A DNA stretch of 64,000 nucleotides from Myxococcales bacterium (GTDB lineage: Bacteria; Myxococcota_A; Polyangia; Polyangiales; Polyangiaceae), in NCBI GenBank assembly GCA_043747615.1, contig JAYTOU010000024.1, forward strand, positions 32,001 to 96,000. The letters run 5' to 3'. The stretch's first letter is position 1. Each line of letters starts with the position of its first letter. The notes beneath the pieces were generated by a model. The model was not told the DNA's origin. It did no database searches and saw only the letters and a list, made by a program, of their open reading frames with translations. Position numbers and translations under genes: made by a program. Of this stretch, positions 18,803-28,246 are shown in pieces.

Positions 18803-19074
18803 GCGCGCGTTCATTCGTCGTTCTCTTGCTCTGTGCGCTCGCCTTCGTCGCGTGCGACAAGAAGAAAGAAGACGGCACCGCGACCGTCGCCGCCAGCGCG
18901 ACGCAGGCCGCCATCGCCGTGACCGTGACGCCGGCGAGCGCCGCGGCCGTCCCACTTACTGACAAGGATCTTCCCGTGAAGGCCGAGTTCGCCGGCGCCG
19001 TTCGCAAGCAGATCACCAAGGCGAACTACAAGGCGGAGCTCGACAAGGCCGAGCAGGACATCGCCAAGAAGTAG
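18799..19074 (+). CDS. Small lipoprotein
   Basis: FVAC lipobox; ATGA overlap with the upstream gene. Confidence 0.7.
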   Translation: MSARSFVVLLLCALAFVACDKKKEDGTATVAASATQAAIAVTVTPASAAAVPLTDKDLPVKAEFAGAVRKQITKANYKAELDKAEQDIAKK

Positions 19075-19117
19075 CGACCCGCGCGCGACGGCTACCCAGG
19101 CCCTCGCGCCGTCGTCG

Positions 19118-20548
19118 TCAGTGCATGAAGCGGTAGGCGATGAACGCCAGGATGCCGACGATGGCCGCGATGGTCACGATGCGGCCGATGCCTGCGCTGG
19201 CGACGGGTGCAGGAAGGGCGCCGCCCTTGTTGCTTACGCTCGCGGAGCTCTTCTTCTCCGAGGCTGCGGCGAGCTCTGCCTGTTCGCGCTTCTGCATGCG
19301 CTTTGACGGCGGGGCGATCGAATCGGGCTTCGCCGCCTTCGCGACGGGCTTTTCCTCGACCTTCTCCGTTTCCTTCGAGGCAGATTTCGCGGCCGCCTTC
19401 GTTGCGGCTTTTGCGGCCTTCGCCGCCGCTTTTCCGCCGACCTTCGCCGCAGCCTTGGGGGCCGCGCTCGGCCGAACGGACTTCGGGCTCGCCTCCGCCG
19501 CGGGCTCCGCTTTCACGGCTTCGACCGGCTTGGCTTCTGCCTTCTTCGCGACTGCAGCGACGACGGGCTCGACCTTCGGCTCAGCCTTCGCTACGACGAC
19601 CTTCGCTTCGACCTTGGGCTCGACCTTCGCGACCACTACCGCCACGGCGGGCTTCGGCTCCACGGGCTTGGCCACCGCAGCAGTCGCCGCAACGGCCGCT
19701 GCCGGCTGCGGCGCCGCCTCGGGAACGATCACGCCGGACACGAGCCAGCGATTCTTTGCGGGGAGGGCGATCATCTTTCCACCCGCCTCGACCTCCATCG
19801 CGGGCAGTACTTCACGGCGCGCCTCGCCATAGAGCGGAACCTTCACCTTGTCGTTCGTACCCGCGGCGGCCAGCGCCTCGGCGACAGAACGCGCAAGGCC
19901 TGCGTGCTTGTCCGAGCTGCTCTCGAGCGCGGCGGCTTTTTTCTCGAACGCTTCGAGATCACAGTCGGCGAGCCCGGTGTTGTCGACCGTGAGCTTGGGT
20001 AGTGCAGCGGCGAGCTCGAGAGCCGCTTCGGTGAGCTTGCTCTCCCCCGAGAGCTGCGTCACCAGGCGATCGATGAGACCGTCGAGCAGGCGGTCCACGT
20101 CCGCGTTGCTTCCCGCACCGAGCGCAGGGGCAATCATGTCGAAGAGGCTGCCGTCGACGCGCACGGGCTCTGCGCTTCCGCCCTCGGCAAAATAATAGAA
20201 GCCGGAAGACACCTTGTCGAAGCCGACGGTATGCACGCGCACGCCCTTGGCCACGAGCTTTTCCACGAGACTGCGGGTGACGCCGACGAGTGGGCTGGCT
20301 TTTGCCGCGCGGGCCGTCAGCGGCAATTTGGCCGCAGCGATCTGCTCTTCGGGGAGAGTCGCTCCGAGCTCCTCTTTGAGCTCCGCAGTCACCGCGTCAC
20401 GGGCGACGACCGACACCTCCCGCTCCCATCCCACGATCCCCTGGGGCGTCATCCACCCGACGGAGGGCCCCCATGCGACGAGGTGACCTGCAGTGCCGGC
20501 CGTAGCCGCCACATAGAGAACGCTCGGTACGCCCAGCTCCGATTCCAT
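19118..20548 (-). CDS. Hypothetical protein with an Ala/Lys/Pro-rich stalk and C-terminal membrane anchor
   Basis: 476-aa ORF; C-terminal IVTIAAIVGILAFIAY; TAGAGT-N6-ATG upstream. Confidence 0.7.
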   Translation of the reverse strand: MESELGVPSVLYVAATAGTAGHLVAWGPSVGWMTPQGIVGWEREVSVVARDAVTAELKEELGATLPEEQIAAAKLPLTARAAKASPLVGVTRSLVEKLVAKGVRVHTVGFDKVSSGFYYFAEGGSAEPVRVDGSLFDMIAPALGAGSNADVDRLLDGLIDRLVTQLSGESKLTEAALELAAALPKLTVDNTGLADCDLEAFEKKAAALESSSDKHAGLARSVAEALAAAGTNDKVKVPLYGEARREVLPAMEVEAGGKMIALPAKNRWLVSGVIVPEAAPQPAAAVAATAAVAKPVEPKPAVAVVVAKVEPKVEAKVVVAKAEPKVEPVVAAVAKKAEAKPVEAVKAEPAAEASPKSVRPSAAPKAAAKVGGKAAAKAAKAATKAAAKSASKETEKVEEKPVAKAAKPDSIAPPSKRMQKREQAELAAASEKKSSASVSNKGGALPAPVASAGIGRIVTIAAIVGILAFIAYRFMH

Positions 20549-20640
20549 GGGGGTACTCTAACGTACCCGGCTCCTCTTCTTCCAATGGACCTTACGATCT
20601 GTGCTTCACGGCGGGTTGGCGGTGGGGGTAGACCGTGTCC

Positions 20641-22020
20641 ATGCCGGAGCCCTATCGCCCAGCGACCCCGATTCTCGACCTCGGGGACGGGTTCTTCGAT
20701 CCGGTCACGCCTGCCCGGTTTCCCAAGCATATTTTGCGTTTTCGAAACGATCGCTGGAGCGAGCGGGTGGGGCTCGGCGGGCTCGATGCCTCGGGCTGGG
20801 AGAACCATTTTGCGAAGTTCGAGCCGCTCGAAGATAACCTCCCCACGCCCCTCGCCCTTCGCTACCACGGGCATCAATTCGGCAGCTACAACCCGAACTT
20901 GGGGGACGGCCGAGGCTTTCTCTTCGCGCAGCTTCGGAGCGGGGATCGCCTCCTCGATCTGGGGACGAAAGGGAGCGGACGAACGCCGTGGTCCCGGGGG
21001 GGCGATGGGCGCCTGACCTTGAAGGGAGGCGTGCGGGAAGTACTTGCCACCGAGATGCTCGAGGCGGTCGGCGTGAACACCTCGAAGACGTTCAGCCTCT
21101 TCGAAACGGGCGAGGCGCTCATGCGCGGCGATGAGCCGTCGCCCACCCGATCGTCGGTGCTGGTGCGACTGAATCATTCGCATATTCGCTTCGGGAGCTT
21201 CCAGCGTCTGGCCTACGCAACGGATGTCCCTCGCCTGCGAAAGCTCCTTGATTTTACGCTCGAGCAGCACTTTCCGGGCATCACGACGCCGCTCGAATTT
21301 TTGCGCGAGGTCACCCTTCGCAGCGCGCGTCTGTGCGCGAGCTTCATGATCGCGGGCTTCGTTCACGGCGTGCTCAACAGCGACAACATGAACGTGACGG
21401 GCGAGTCGTTCGACTACGGTCCCTACCGTTTCCTGCCGCGCTACGACGCCGACTTCACCGCGGCGTACTTCGATCACGAGGGGCTCTATTCATTCGGTCG
21501 TCAACCCGAGGCCATCCTGCGCAACGTGGTGCGCCTCGGAGAGTCCCTCCGCCCGCTCGAGCCTGCGGATCTCACCAGCGCGATTGCGGAGTACGAGCCA
21601 GCGCTCGGAGAGGCCGTGCGCGTGAAGTTTCTCGAGCGCCTCGGCATCGCTTCTTCGTCGGTCGACGAGGACGCGGCGACCACCGGGGCCGCGTTCGACT
21701 TTCTCGAAGAGAGCGCGGTCGGCTACGATCGGTTCTTCTTCGACTGGCAAGGCGGCGGCGCGAGTGAGGTTCGAGCGCACGAAGGCCCCGCAGGCGAGCA
21801 CTACCGAGGCCCGGCGTTCCTAGCCTTCCGCCGCGCGCTCGATCGGCACGCGCCCGCGAAGCTGGAGCTCCTCGAAACCGCCTATTTCAAAGGCGAAAAC
21901 CCGTGTTCCCTCCTCATCGAAGAGATCGAGGAGATCTGGCGAGCGATCGCAACGCGCGACGACTGGGCGCCTTTCGAGGCGAAGATCGCAGCGATCCGCG
22001 CGATGTCAGATCGAGTCTAG
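20641..22020 (+). CDS. selO: Protein adenylyltransferase SelO (YdiU)
   Basis: YHGHQFG, LGDGRG, KGSGRTPWSRGGDGR, HIRFGSFQ, HGVLNSDN, DYGPY. Confidence 0.93.
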   Translation: MPEPYRPATPILDLGDGFFDPVTPARFPKHILRFRNDRWSERVGLGGLDASGWENHFAKFEPLEDNLPTPLALRYHGHQFGSYNPNLGDGRGFLFAQLRSGDRLLDLGTKGSGRTPWSRGGDGRLTLKGGVREVLATEMLEAVGVNTSKTFSLFETGEALMRGDEPSPTRSSVLVRLNHSHIRFGSFQRLAYATDVPRLRKLLDFTLEQHFPGITTPLEFLREVTLRSARLCASFMIAGFVHGVLNSDNMNVTGESFDYGPYRFLPRYDADFTAAYFDHEGLYSFGRQPEAILRNVVRLGESLRPLEPADLTSAIAEYEPALGEAVRVKFLERLGIASSSVDEDAATTGAAFDFLEESAVGYDRFFFDWQGGGASEVRAHEGPAGEHYRGPAFLAFRRALDRHAPAKLELLETAYFKGENPCSLLIEEIEEIWRAIATRDDWAPFEAKIAAIRAMSDRV

Positions 22021-23127
22021 AGTGTCACGCTGCTCGGCTTCCGCATGCGACGTCTCATCGGCGCGGTGCGCGAAATCGAGGAGGAGCGCGTTGATCGTGG
22101 CCTCGACCCGGTCGGGCCGATCAATATCGCGGATGATGAATTCGAAGGAGCCATCGGTCCATTCGAAGACGCGAGCAAGCTCGGTCCGCGGGCTTCGACC
22201 GGGGCCCAAAGGCTCGACGTCGATGATCCGACCGCGCTGGACGAAGATCCGCGATCGTTCGTCGCCGTGGATCAATGCGAGCTCACCGCTGATCCGCTCC
22301 ATGTCGAAGAGCGCCGCCAACATCGCGAGACGACCGCGGGTGAGAAGGCCGGAGAGATGCACGCGTCGCGGTGGCGTGTCCGACGCCGGCGTGACCAGAG
22401 CCGCGAGCATGTTCTCGATCGTGCGTGAGAGGTCGTCGCCCGGCAACGTCTCGACCTCGGGCGCAAGGACGAGCGGATTGACCGCTCGAAATGTGGACGA
22501 GGAGAGTCGACGGAGGGGCCCCGCGCGCTCTTCTTCCATCTCCACTTCGATCCGGAATTGACCATGCGCTCCATCGTCCGCTTCGACGACGTGCACCGCC
22601 TTTCCCCGGAGGAGGATCGGTTGCGGCACACCGGGAGCCATGATCTCGACGCGCACCATGTCTCCGATGGCGATGGCCCAGCGTGAGTAGAGAGAGAGCC
22701 TACCCGCGCTGAGCTGCCGGACCGTGGGCGCCGCGCTTGGAATTTCGACGGCGATTTCCTCGACGGGCGGCCGCACTTCACGTCGGTAGGAAAGCACGTA
22801 GCGCACGAAGTCGTGCAGCTCCTCGGTGCGGTCGTCGCTCTCGGGCATGAACTCTAGGGCCACGCCGGGCGAGAGGCTGCGGGACCGCTCCCCCGCTGCG
22901 ACGTTTCGCACCACGTGCGCCATCACTTGCACGGCGCATGCGCGATCGGCGCTCATGAGGCGAAGCCACTGAACGGTGCCGACTTCGCCGAAATCCTGAT
23001 CGCAATCGAAGTACAGACCCCGCGCGCTGATGTCTGCGTTCCGGGGCGTCGGTTCGCGGTCCACCCCTTCGACTTCGACGAGCAGCGTCGTCGCGATGCG
23101 CGGGTTTCTTCTTCTGGACTCGACCAT
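22006..23127 (-). CDS. PilZ plus DUF4388 domain protein
   Basis: RRNPR and DISARG c-di-GMP motifs; degenerate second PilZ; C-terminal LSGLL..SGEL..WTDGSFEF..LLLD. Confidence 0.8.
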   Translation of the reverse strand: MVESRRRNPRIATTLLVEVEGVDREPTPRNADISARGLYFDCDQDFGEVGTVQWLRLMSADRACAVQVMAHVVRNVAAGERSRSLSPGVALEFMPESDDRTEELHDFVRYVLSYRREVRPPVEEIAVEIPSAAPTVRQLSAGRLSLYSRWAIAIGDMVRVEIMAPGVPQPILLRGKAVHVVEADDGAHGQFRIEVEMEEERAGPLRRLSSSTFRAVNPLVLAPEVETLPGDDLSRTIENMLAALVTPASDTPPRRVHLSGLLTRGRLAMLAALFDMERISGELALIHGDERSRIFVQRGRIIDVEPLGPGRSPRTELARVFEWTDGSFEFIIRDIDRPDRVEATINALLLDFAHRADETSHAEAEQRDTLDSI

Positions 23128-23199
23128 TCGTCCCATCATCTTACCGCATGCACGTCGTTCACCCTTGACGTCCCGTCAGGCGGCGCTAGTAACGCACGC

Positions 23200-24189
23200 A
23201 TGCGTTACGCTTTTGCCTTTGCGCTGAGTGCCTCCTTGTTTGCCTGCTCCGGCCTCCCAGGCGACGAAACGGGCGACTCCATCTCCTCGCGCGACTCGAC
23301 GACCGAGGTCGCCATTCGCTTCGAGGCGAATGGAGCAAGGGGCGCTTCGGCAACGCTAGTCGCGGGCGGTCATGCCCGCATCACGTACGATCCTGCGCGT
23401 CTCACCGCGTGCCGTGGAGATCTGAACGGCGGGCCCGGCTGGGCGATAAGCGGGCACTACCGCATCAACGGGGGGGCCGTGTCGTCGTTCGAAGCGGGCG
23501 GCCTTTCTCCTTCTCATGGCACGTCTCTCCCGGTCATCGCCCTCACCGCACCAGGCGATCTCGAAATGTGGTTCGAGAACACCAGCGCCTGGGGATGCGA
23601 CGCCTACGACTCCGACTACGGTAAAAATTATCATTTCGCGATCGCCGCTTCCGCCAACGCGCCGGGCTGGGTCGGAAATGCGAGCTTCGTCACCTCGCGC
23701 GCCACGTGCAGCGGTGGCCCGTGCGACTCGGATTTCCACCCTCTCGCGGGCGGCTTCACTTTCGACACGTGGACGCGGCAGCGCGCTGCGATCGCCGAAG
23801 CCTTCTTCGAAGTGTGGAAGCAAGGAGTCACGGAGGTCGACGATCCCGAGCTATGGAAGAAGCTCGACGTCCAGCTCCACTCACGCGTCGGCGACACCGG
23901 CGCGTTCGCGACGAGCTACCTGAGCCTCGATCGCCGCATCGGAAACAATGCCCGCTACGGCGTGCAACTTCGTGGTCTCGATCCCCTCGCCGCCTCGGGC
24001 ACGCTCAGCAAGACCGCAGACTGCCCGACGTTCGCAACTACCATCTCCGCCGACGGCCAGTACGTGCAAGCCGATCTGCAGTTCTACATGACCGTCAACG
24101 GGGTCGAGCTCCGTCCGTCCGCCGGCGCCGTTTTCCACGGCTTTTACCTGAACTACCGCGGCATGTACGCCATCTGCGAGCATCGCTAG
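23200..24189 (+). CDS. Lipoprotein with a DUF6209-like domain
   Basis: LFAC lipobox; YDPARLTACR, GDLEMWFENT..YDSDYGKNYHF. Confidence 0.65.
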   Translation: MRYAFAFALSASLFACSGLPGDETGDSISSRDSTTEVAIRFEANGARGASATLVAGGHARITYDPARLTACRGDLNGGPGWAISGHYRINGGAVSSFEAGGLSPSHGTSLPVIALTAPGDLEMWFENTSAWGCDAYDSDYGKNYHFAIAASANAPGWVGNASFVTSRATCSGGPCDSDFHPLAGGFTFDTWTRQRAAIAEAFFEVWKQGVTEVDDPELWKKLDVQLHSRVGDTGAFATSYLSLDRRIGNNARYGVQLRGLDPLAASGTLSKTADCPTFATTISADGQYVQADLQFYMTVNGVELRPSAGAVFHGFYLNYRGMYAICEHR

Positions 24190-24851
24190 GTCGTCAGAGA
24201 TCCCAGGAGCAGCCTATTTTTTGGGGTGATCGCCGCAGGGATACTGTGGCTGTGCACGGTGTAGCCGTGTGCACGCAGGCGGCCGGCACGGGTCACATCG
24301 ATGGCGAGCGCGGCGTCCATCCAACCGCCGACACCGCCGAGATCACCAAACGCGTTCTCGTGGCAACACGGCAACACGGCGACGCGAGCGCGGCCGGCGA
24401 TCGCCTTCTCGATCACCTCGTCGGTGAGAGCGCCACACGCATGGATCGATACGGCGAGATCGCCTTCCTCGAGCGCGATCTCGGCCATCGGTTTCTCCAC
24501 GAGCGTCACCCGACCGAGGAGACGCGGCCATTCGTTCACCATGGCCCGGGCGATCTTCTCGGCGCTCGGGGGCATGCGCGCGTCGACGGCGAGAGCAGCC
24601 TTCGAGGTGTCATCGAGGAGGAGAAGCATGTGAGCGGCGAGGGCGTGACCGCACGCGAGATCGACCACCCGCCCCCCGCGTAGCTTTCGCCGCGCACGAC
24701 GCGCAACCTCCCACGCTTCGAAGAGCTCTTTGCGGGGGAGGCAGTCGGCTGCGCACACCGTGCGGGCGATGCGATGAAAGAGCGTTTCGTCCTGGAATCT
24801 AGGGAGATCGCGCGTCGTCAGCTTCGAGCGACTCGACGGATCGAAAGACAC
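24186..24851 (-). CDS. Class I SAM-dependent methyltransferase (Methyltransf_32-like)
   Basis: VVDLACGHAL, HACGALTD, VLPCC, TPKNRLL. Confidence 0.8.
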   Translation of the reverse strand: MSFDPSSRSKLTTRDLPRFQDETLFHRIARTVCAADCLPRKELFEAWEVARRARRKLRGGRVVDLACGHALAAHMLLLLDDTSKAALAVDARMPPSAEKIARAMVNEWPRLLGRVTLVEKPMAEIALEEGDLAVSIHACGALTDEVIEKAIAGRARVAVLPCCHENAFGDLGGVGGWMDAALAIDVTRAGRLRAHGYTVHSHSIPAAITPKNRLLLGSLTT

Positions 24852-26792
24852 TCAGGCCTCGCCGCTGGGCCGACCGAGATCGCTCTCGATCTTTTCCCAC
24901 TCCTTCAACAGCATATCGATCTTTAACGCGAGATCCGTGTCCTCGCGCTCGAGCCGCTGGAGATCGCTCTTCAGCGAGCTCTCGAAAAATCCGGGCTTGG
25001 CATAGAGGGCGGCGATCTCTTTTTTGCGCGCCTCCGCCTCGGCGATCGACGCGAGCACTTTGTCGCGCCGCGCAGGGAGAGAGTTTGCCTTGTTGCGGAG
25101 CTTTTTTTGTTCCTGCCAGGTGAGCTCGCTCGCGGGCTGACCGGGAGGGGCCTCGCTCTGGCGCGCCTTGTTGGCTTTGGACTTGAGGACCACCGCGTCG
25201 GCGTCGAGGTGGTCGTCCCCGCAGCGCTCGAGGTACTCCGCGAACGTGCCTGGGAAATCGCTCAGACCGTTGGGAGTCACCTCCACGATCCGCGTCGCCA
25301 GCTGGGAGACGAACCACCGATCGTGGGAGACGAAGAGCACCGTTCCCTCGAAGGCCTTGAGCCCGTCCACGAGGGCGGCAATGGCCTCCATGTCGAGGTG
25401 GTTGGTCGGCTCGTCGAGCACGAGCACGTTGGGCTTCTCCACGATGATCCGCCCAAAAATAAGCCTCGCGGCCTCGCCTCCGGAGAGCGCGCCGATCGGT
25501 TTGGTCACGTCCTCGCCGGAGAAGAGCACGCGCCCGAGTTGCCCGCGAACGTAGCTCGTAGCCTCGGTGGGAACGCCTTCCCAGATGTAGTCGAGCGGGG
25601 TCATCGCCTCGTTCTGGAGGAGTTCGTGGTGATCCTGCGCGAAGTAGCCGGTGCGTACCTCGTGGCCCCAGCGCACGGTTCCTTGATCGGCTGCGAGGCG
25701 CTCCATCACGATCTTGAGGAGCGTGGACTTGCCAAGCCCGTTCGGCCCGATGACCGCCACTTTTTCTCCGCGGCGCACGGTGAGCGACACGTCACTCAAG
25801 ACTTCCTTCGTGCCATAGGCCTTCGACACGTGGGCGACCTCGAGCACGTCTTTTCCACTCGCCCGCGCCGGCGTGAAACGAAGGAGCGGCGTTCGCCGGG
25901 AGCTCGTCGCCAGCTCCTCGACTTCGATTTTTTCGATTTGCTTGAGCCGGCTTTGGGCCTGCTTGGCCTTGGTGGCCTTCGCACCGAAGCGATCCACGAA
26001 GGCGCGCTTCTCGGCGATGATCTTCTCCGCACGCGCGATCCCCACTTCCTTCCGCTCGCGCACCGCCTGCTTCTCGATCACGAACGAGCTGTAATTTCCG
26101 GTGTATGGAGTGATCTCGCCGTAGTCGACGTCGAGGATGTGGCTGGCAACGTTGTCAAGAAAACGCTGATCGTGGGAGATGACGAGCGCAGCACCGCGGT
26201 ACGCTGCGAGAAATTTTTCGAGCCAACGAATCGACAGAATGTCGAGATGGTTCGTCGGCTCGTCGAGGAGAAGAACGTCGGGTCCGCCGATGAGCACCTG
26301 AGCGAGGAGCACGCGCAGCTTGAACCCGCCCGACAGCGTCGAGAGCGGCAGGCGATGAGAGGCAAAGGGGATCCCTAGCCCCTCGAGGACCGCGGTGGTT
26401 CGCGCTTCGAGGGTGTAGCCATCGGAGTGGGCGAGAATGTCTTCCAGGTCGGCGAGGTCGGCGACGTCACCGTCACTGTGATCGATGATCCGCTCTCTTT
26501 TCTGGAGCGCTCGCCACACGACGCCATCGCCCATCATCCCGAGATCGAGGATGATCTGAGCGTCGTCGAGGGAGAGATCCTGACGGAGGACCCCTACCCG
26601 CGCGCGGCTCGAAATGGTGACCGAGCCTTCCGAGGCTTGCTCGTCGCCGGCGACGATCTTGAGGAAGGTGGTCTTGCCGGAGCCGTTCGCGCCGACGAGC
26701 CCGTAACGAGACCCTGGGTTCATTTGCAGCGAAACGCCTTCGAAAAGCGTGCGATCGCCGTAAGATTTGCCGAGCTGAGAGGTGCTGATCAT
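24852..26792 (-). CDS. ABC-F family ATPase (YbiT-like)
   Basis: Two ABC domains (GANGSGKT, GPNGLGKS; LSGG; LDEPTNHLD twice) and no membrane segments. Confidence 0.93.
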   Translation of the reverse strand: MISTSQLGKSYGDRTLFEGVSLQMNPGSRYGLVGANGSGKTTFLKIVAGDEQASEGSVTISSRARVGVLRQDLSLDDAQIILDLGMMGDGVVWRALQKRERIIDHSDGDVADLADLEDILAHSDGYTLEARTTAVLEGLGIPFASHRLPLSTLSGGFKLRVLLAQVLIGGPDVLLLDEPTNHLDILSIRWLEKFLAAYRGAALVISHDQRFLDNVASHILDVDYGEITPYTGNYSSFVIEKQAVRERKEVGIARAEKIIAEKRAFVDRFGAKATKAKQAQSRLKQIEKIEVEELATSSRRTPLLRFTPARASGKDVLEVAHVSKAYGTKEVLSDVSLTVRRGEKVAVIGPNGLGKSTLLKIVMERLAADQGTVRWGHEVRTGYFAQDHHELLQNEAMTPLDYIWEGVPTEATSYVRGQLGRVLFSGEDVTKPIGALSGGEAARLIFGRIIVEKPNVLVLDEPTNHLDMEAIAALVDGLKAFEGTVLFVSHDRWFVSQLATRIVEVTPNGLSDFPGTFAEYLERCGDDHLDADAVVLKSKANKARQSEAPPGQPASELTWQEQKKLRNKANSLPARRDKVLASIAEAEARKKEIAALYAKPGFFESSLKSDLQRLEREDTDLALKIDMLLKEWEKIESDLGRPSGEA

Positions 26793-26834
26793 GAATTTTG
26801 AAGTGTTACTAGCACGCTCGACTAAGGAGTCGTC

Positions 26835-27209
26835 ATGGCGAGTACGACGGTTGTCTTCGGCGCGGTGTTGATTGTTCTCGGCCTCGCGGGCTTTCTCTCC
26901 ACGAGCGGCGAGCTTGGCTCCGCGCTCGTCCCCGCTCTCTTTGGTCTAGCCCTGCTCGCCAGCGGCGTGTTCGCGCACCGGGAGAGCTCTCGAAAAAGCG
27001 CGATGCACATCGCGGTGGGCTTGGCGCTCCTAGGTTGCCTCGGCTCGTTTCGCGGCGTCGCCAAGGTTCGCTCTCTCATGAACGGGTCGGCGTCACGCCC
27101 CATCGTCATCGAGCTGCAGCTCGCGACGTTCGCGATCTGTGCCCTCTTCCTGTGGCTCTGCATTCGCTCGTTCCAGGAAGCAGCGCGCGCGGGCCGGGGC
27201 TCACGCTAG
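26835..27209 (+). CDS. Small four-TM membrane protein
   Basis: Hydrophobic; SALVPA, AMHIA, IRSF..AR; AAGGAG ribosome-binding site. Confidence 0.75.
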   Translation: MASTTVVFGAVLIVLGLAGFLSTSGELGSALVPALFGLALLASGVFAHRESSRKSAMHIAVGLALLGCLGSFRGVAKVRSLMNGSASRPIVIELQLATFAICALFLWLCIRSFQEAARAGRGSR

Positions 27210-27337
27210 CCTCGAGATCCGACGGATCGTTTCTCGGGAGAGCGACACCATTCGACGCATCCGTGCATCCTATAACCACGAGCGGCGTTATCAGGGCGGT
27301 GGCGCGTCACACTCCATAAACTACCGGATACAGCCTC

Positions 27338-28234
27338 ATGATAGCTCCCCCGCGTCTCATCCTCCTCGGCGGAGTCATCCTCATCGGCGCGACCACTGCG
27401 GCCATCGCTTCCAGACAGACGCCTTCAAATCTCGACTTTGCCGGCGCAGCGGAGTCCAACCATCCCGCCGATGCCGCGGAGTTGATCGATTGCCCGAAGG
27501 GGTTCGAGCCGATCACGGGCCGCGCTTGCCTCTCGCTCGCTGGCTCGGCTGGACCGCTCGTCGTCTATCTCCACGGCCTCTACGAGCTTGAGCATCCCGA
27601 AGAAGAGATGGATCGGCATGTGCGCCTGGCGAAGCAAACCAAGGCTCTCGGCTACTCACTTCTCGCGCTCCGCGGGCGCGTTGGCGCATGCAGCGATCCC
27701 AGCTTCAAAAATTTCGTCTGCTGGCCAAGCAATGAGAACACCCAGGATGCAGGCGCAGGCGTGGTGAGCGAGTGGCAGACCGCGCTTCACATCGCCGAAG
27801 AGCGCTCCGGTCACGGCAAGCGCTACATCGTTGGATTTTCGAATGGCGGATTCTTCGCGGGCCTCATCGCGACGCATGCGCTCCTCCCTTTCGATGGCCT
27901 GGCCATTGCGCACGCCGGTACCGTCGAGCCATTTCGCGCTCTCGGAGCGAAGCCTCCCCTCCTCCTTCTTTCTGCCGACGAAGACAGCTCGCAGGAGGGG
28001 ATGATCCACTTCGACGAGGTCCTTGCCCGCGAGGCGTGGCCTCACGAAGTCTACGCACGCGAAGGCGCGCACGGCTTCACCGAGATCGACATGAATGCCG
28101 CTCTCACCTTCTTCCTGCGAATCGAGAAGGGGGAGAAGCCGCCATTTTCGCCGCCGCTCTCCAGGCATCGTCCGACGCCGCGCGCGCCCTCGCCACATGC
28201 GGCGGCAGAGCAAGCGCCGGAAGTGGATTTTTGA
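27338..28234 (+). CDS. Secreted alpha/beta hydrolase (carboxylesterase-like)
   Basis: VVYLHG, GFSNGG nucleophile elbow, candidate Asp (DED) and His (GAHG). Confidence 0.8.
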   Translation: MIAPPRLILLGGVILIGATTAAIASRQTPSNLDFAGAAESNHPADAAELIDCPKGFEPITGRACLSLAGSAGPLVVYLHGLYELEHPEEEMDRHVRLAKQTKALGYSLLALRGRVGACSDPSFKNFVCWPSNENTQDAGAGVVSEWQTALHIAEERSGHGKRYIVGFSNGGFFAGLIATHALLPFDGLAIAHAGTVEPFRALGAKPPLLLLSADEDSSQEGMIHFDEVLAREAWPHEVYAREGAHGFTEIDMNAALTFFLRIEKGEKPPFSPPLSRHRPTPRAPSPHAAAEQAPEVDF

Positions 28235-28246
28235 TACGCATACGCA

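Noticed and set aside
20641..22020. Selenocysteine in SelO
   Set aside because: There is no in-frame TGA; the gene ends at TAG
25107..26378. 423-aa antisense ORF, and similar ones at 10493, 45983 and 50957
   Set aside because: These lie opposite well-supported genes and are expected from GC-rich codon bias
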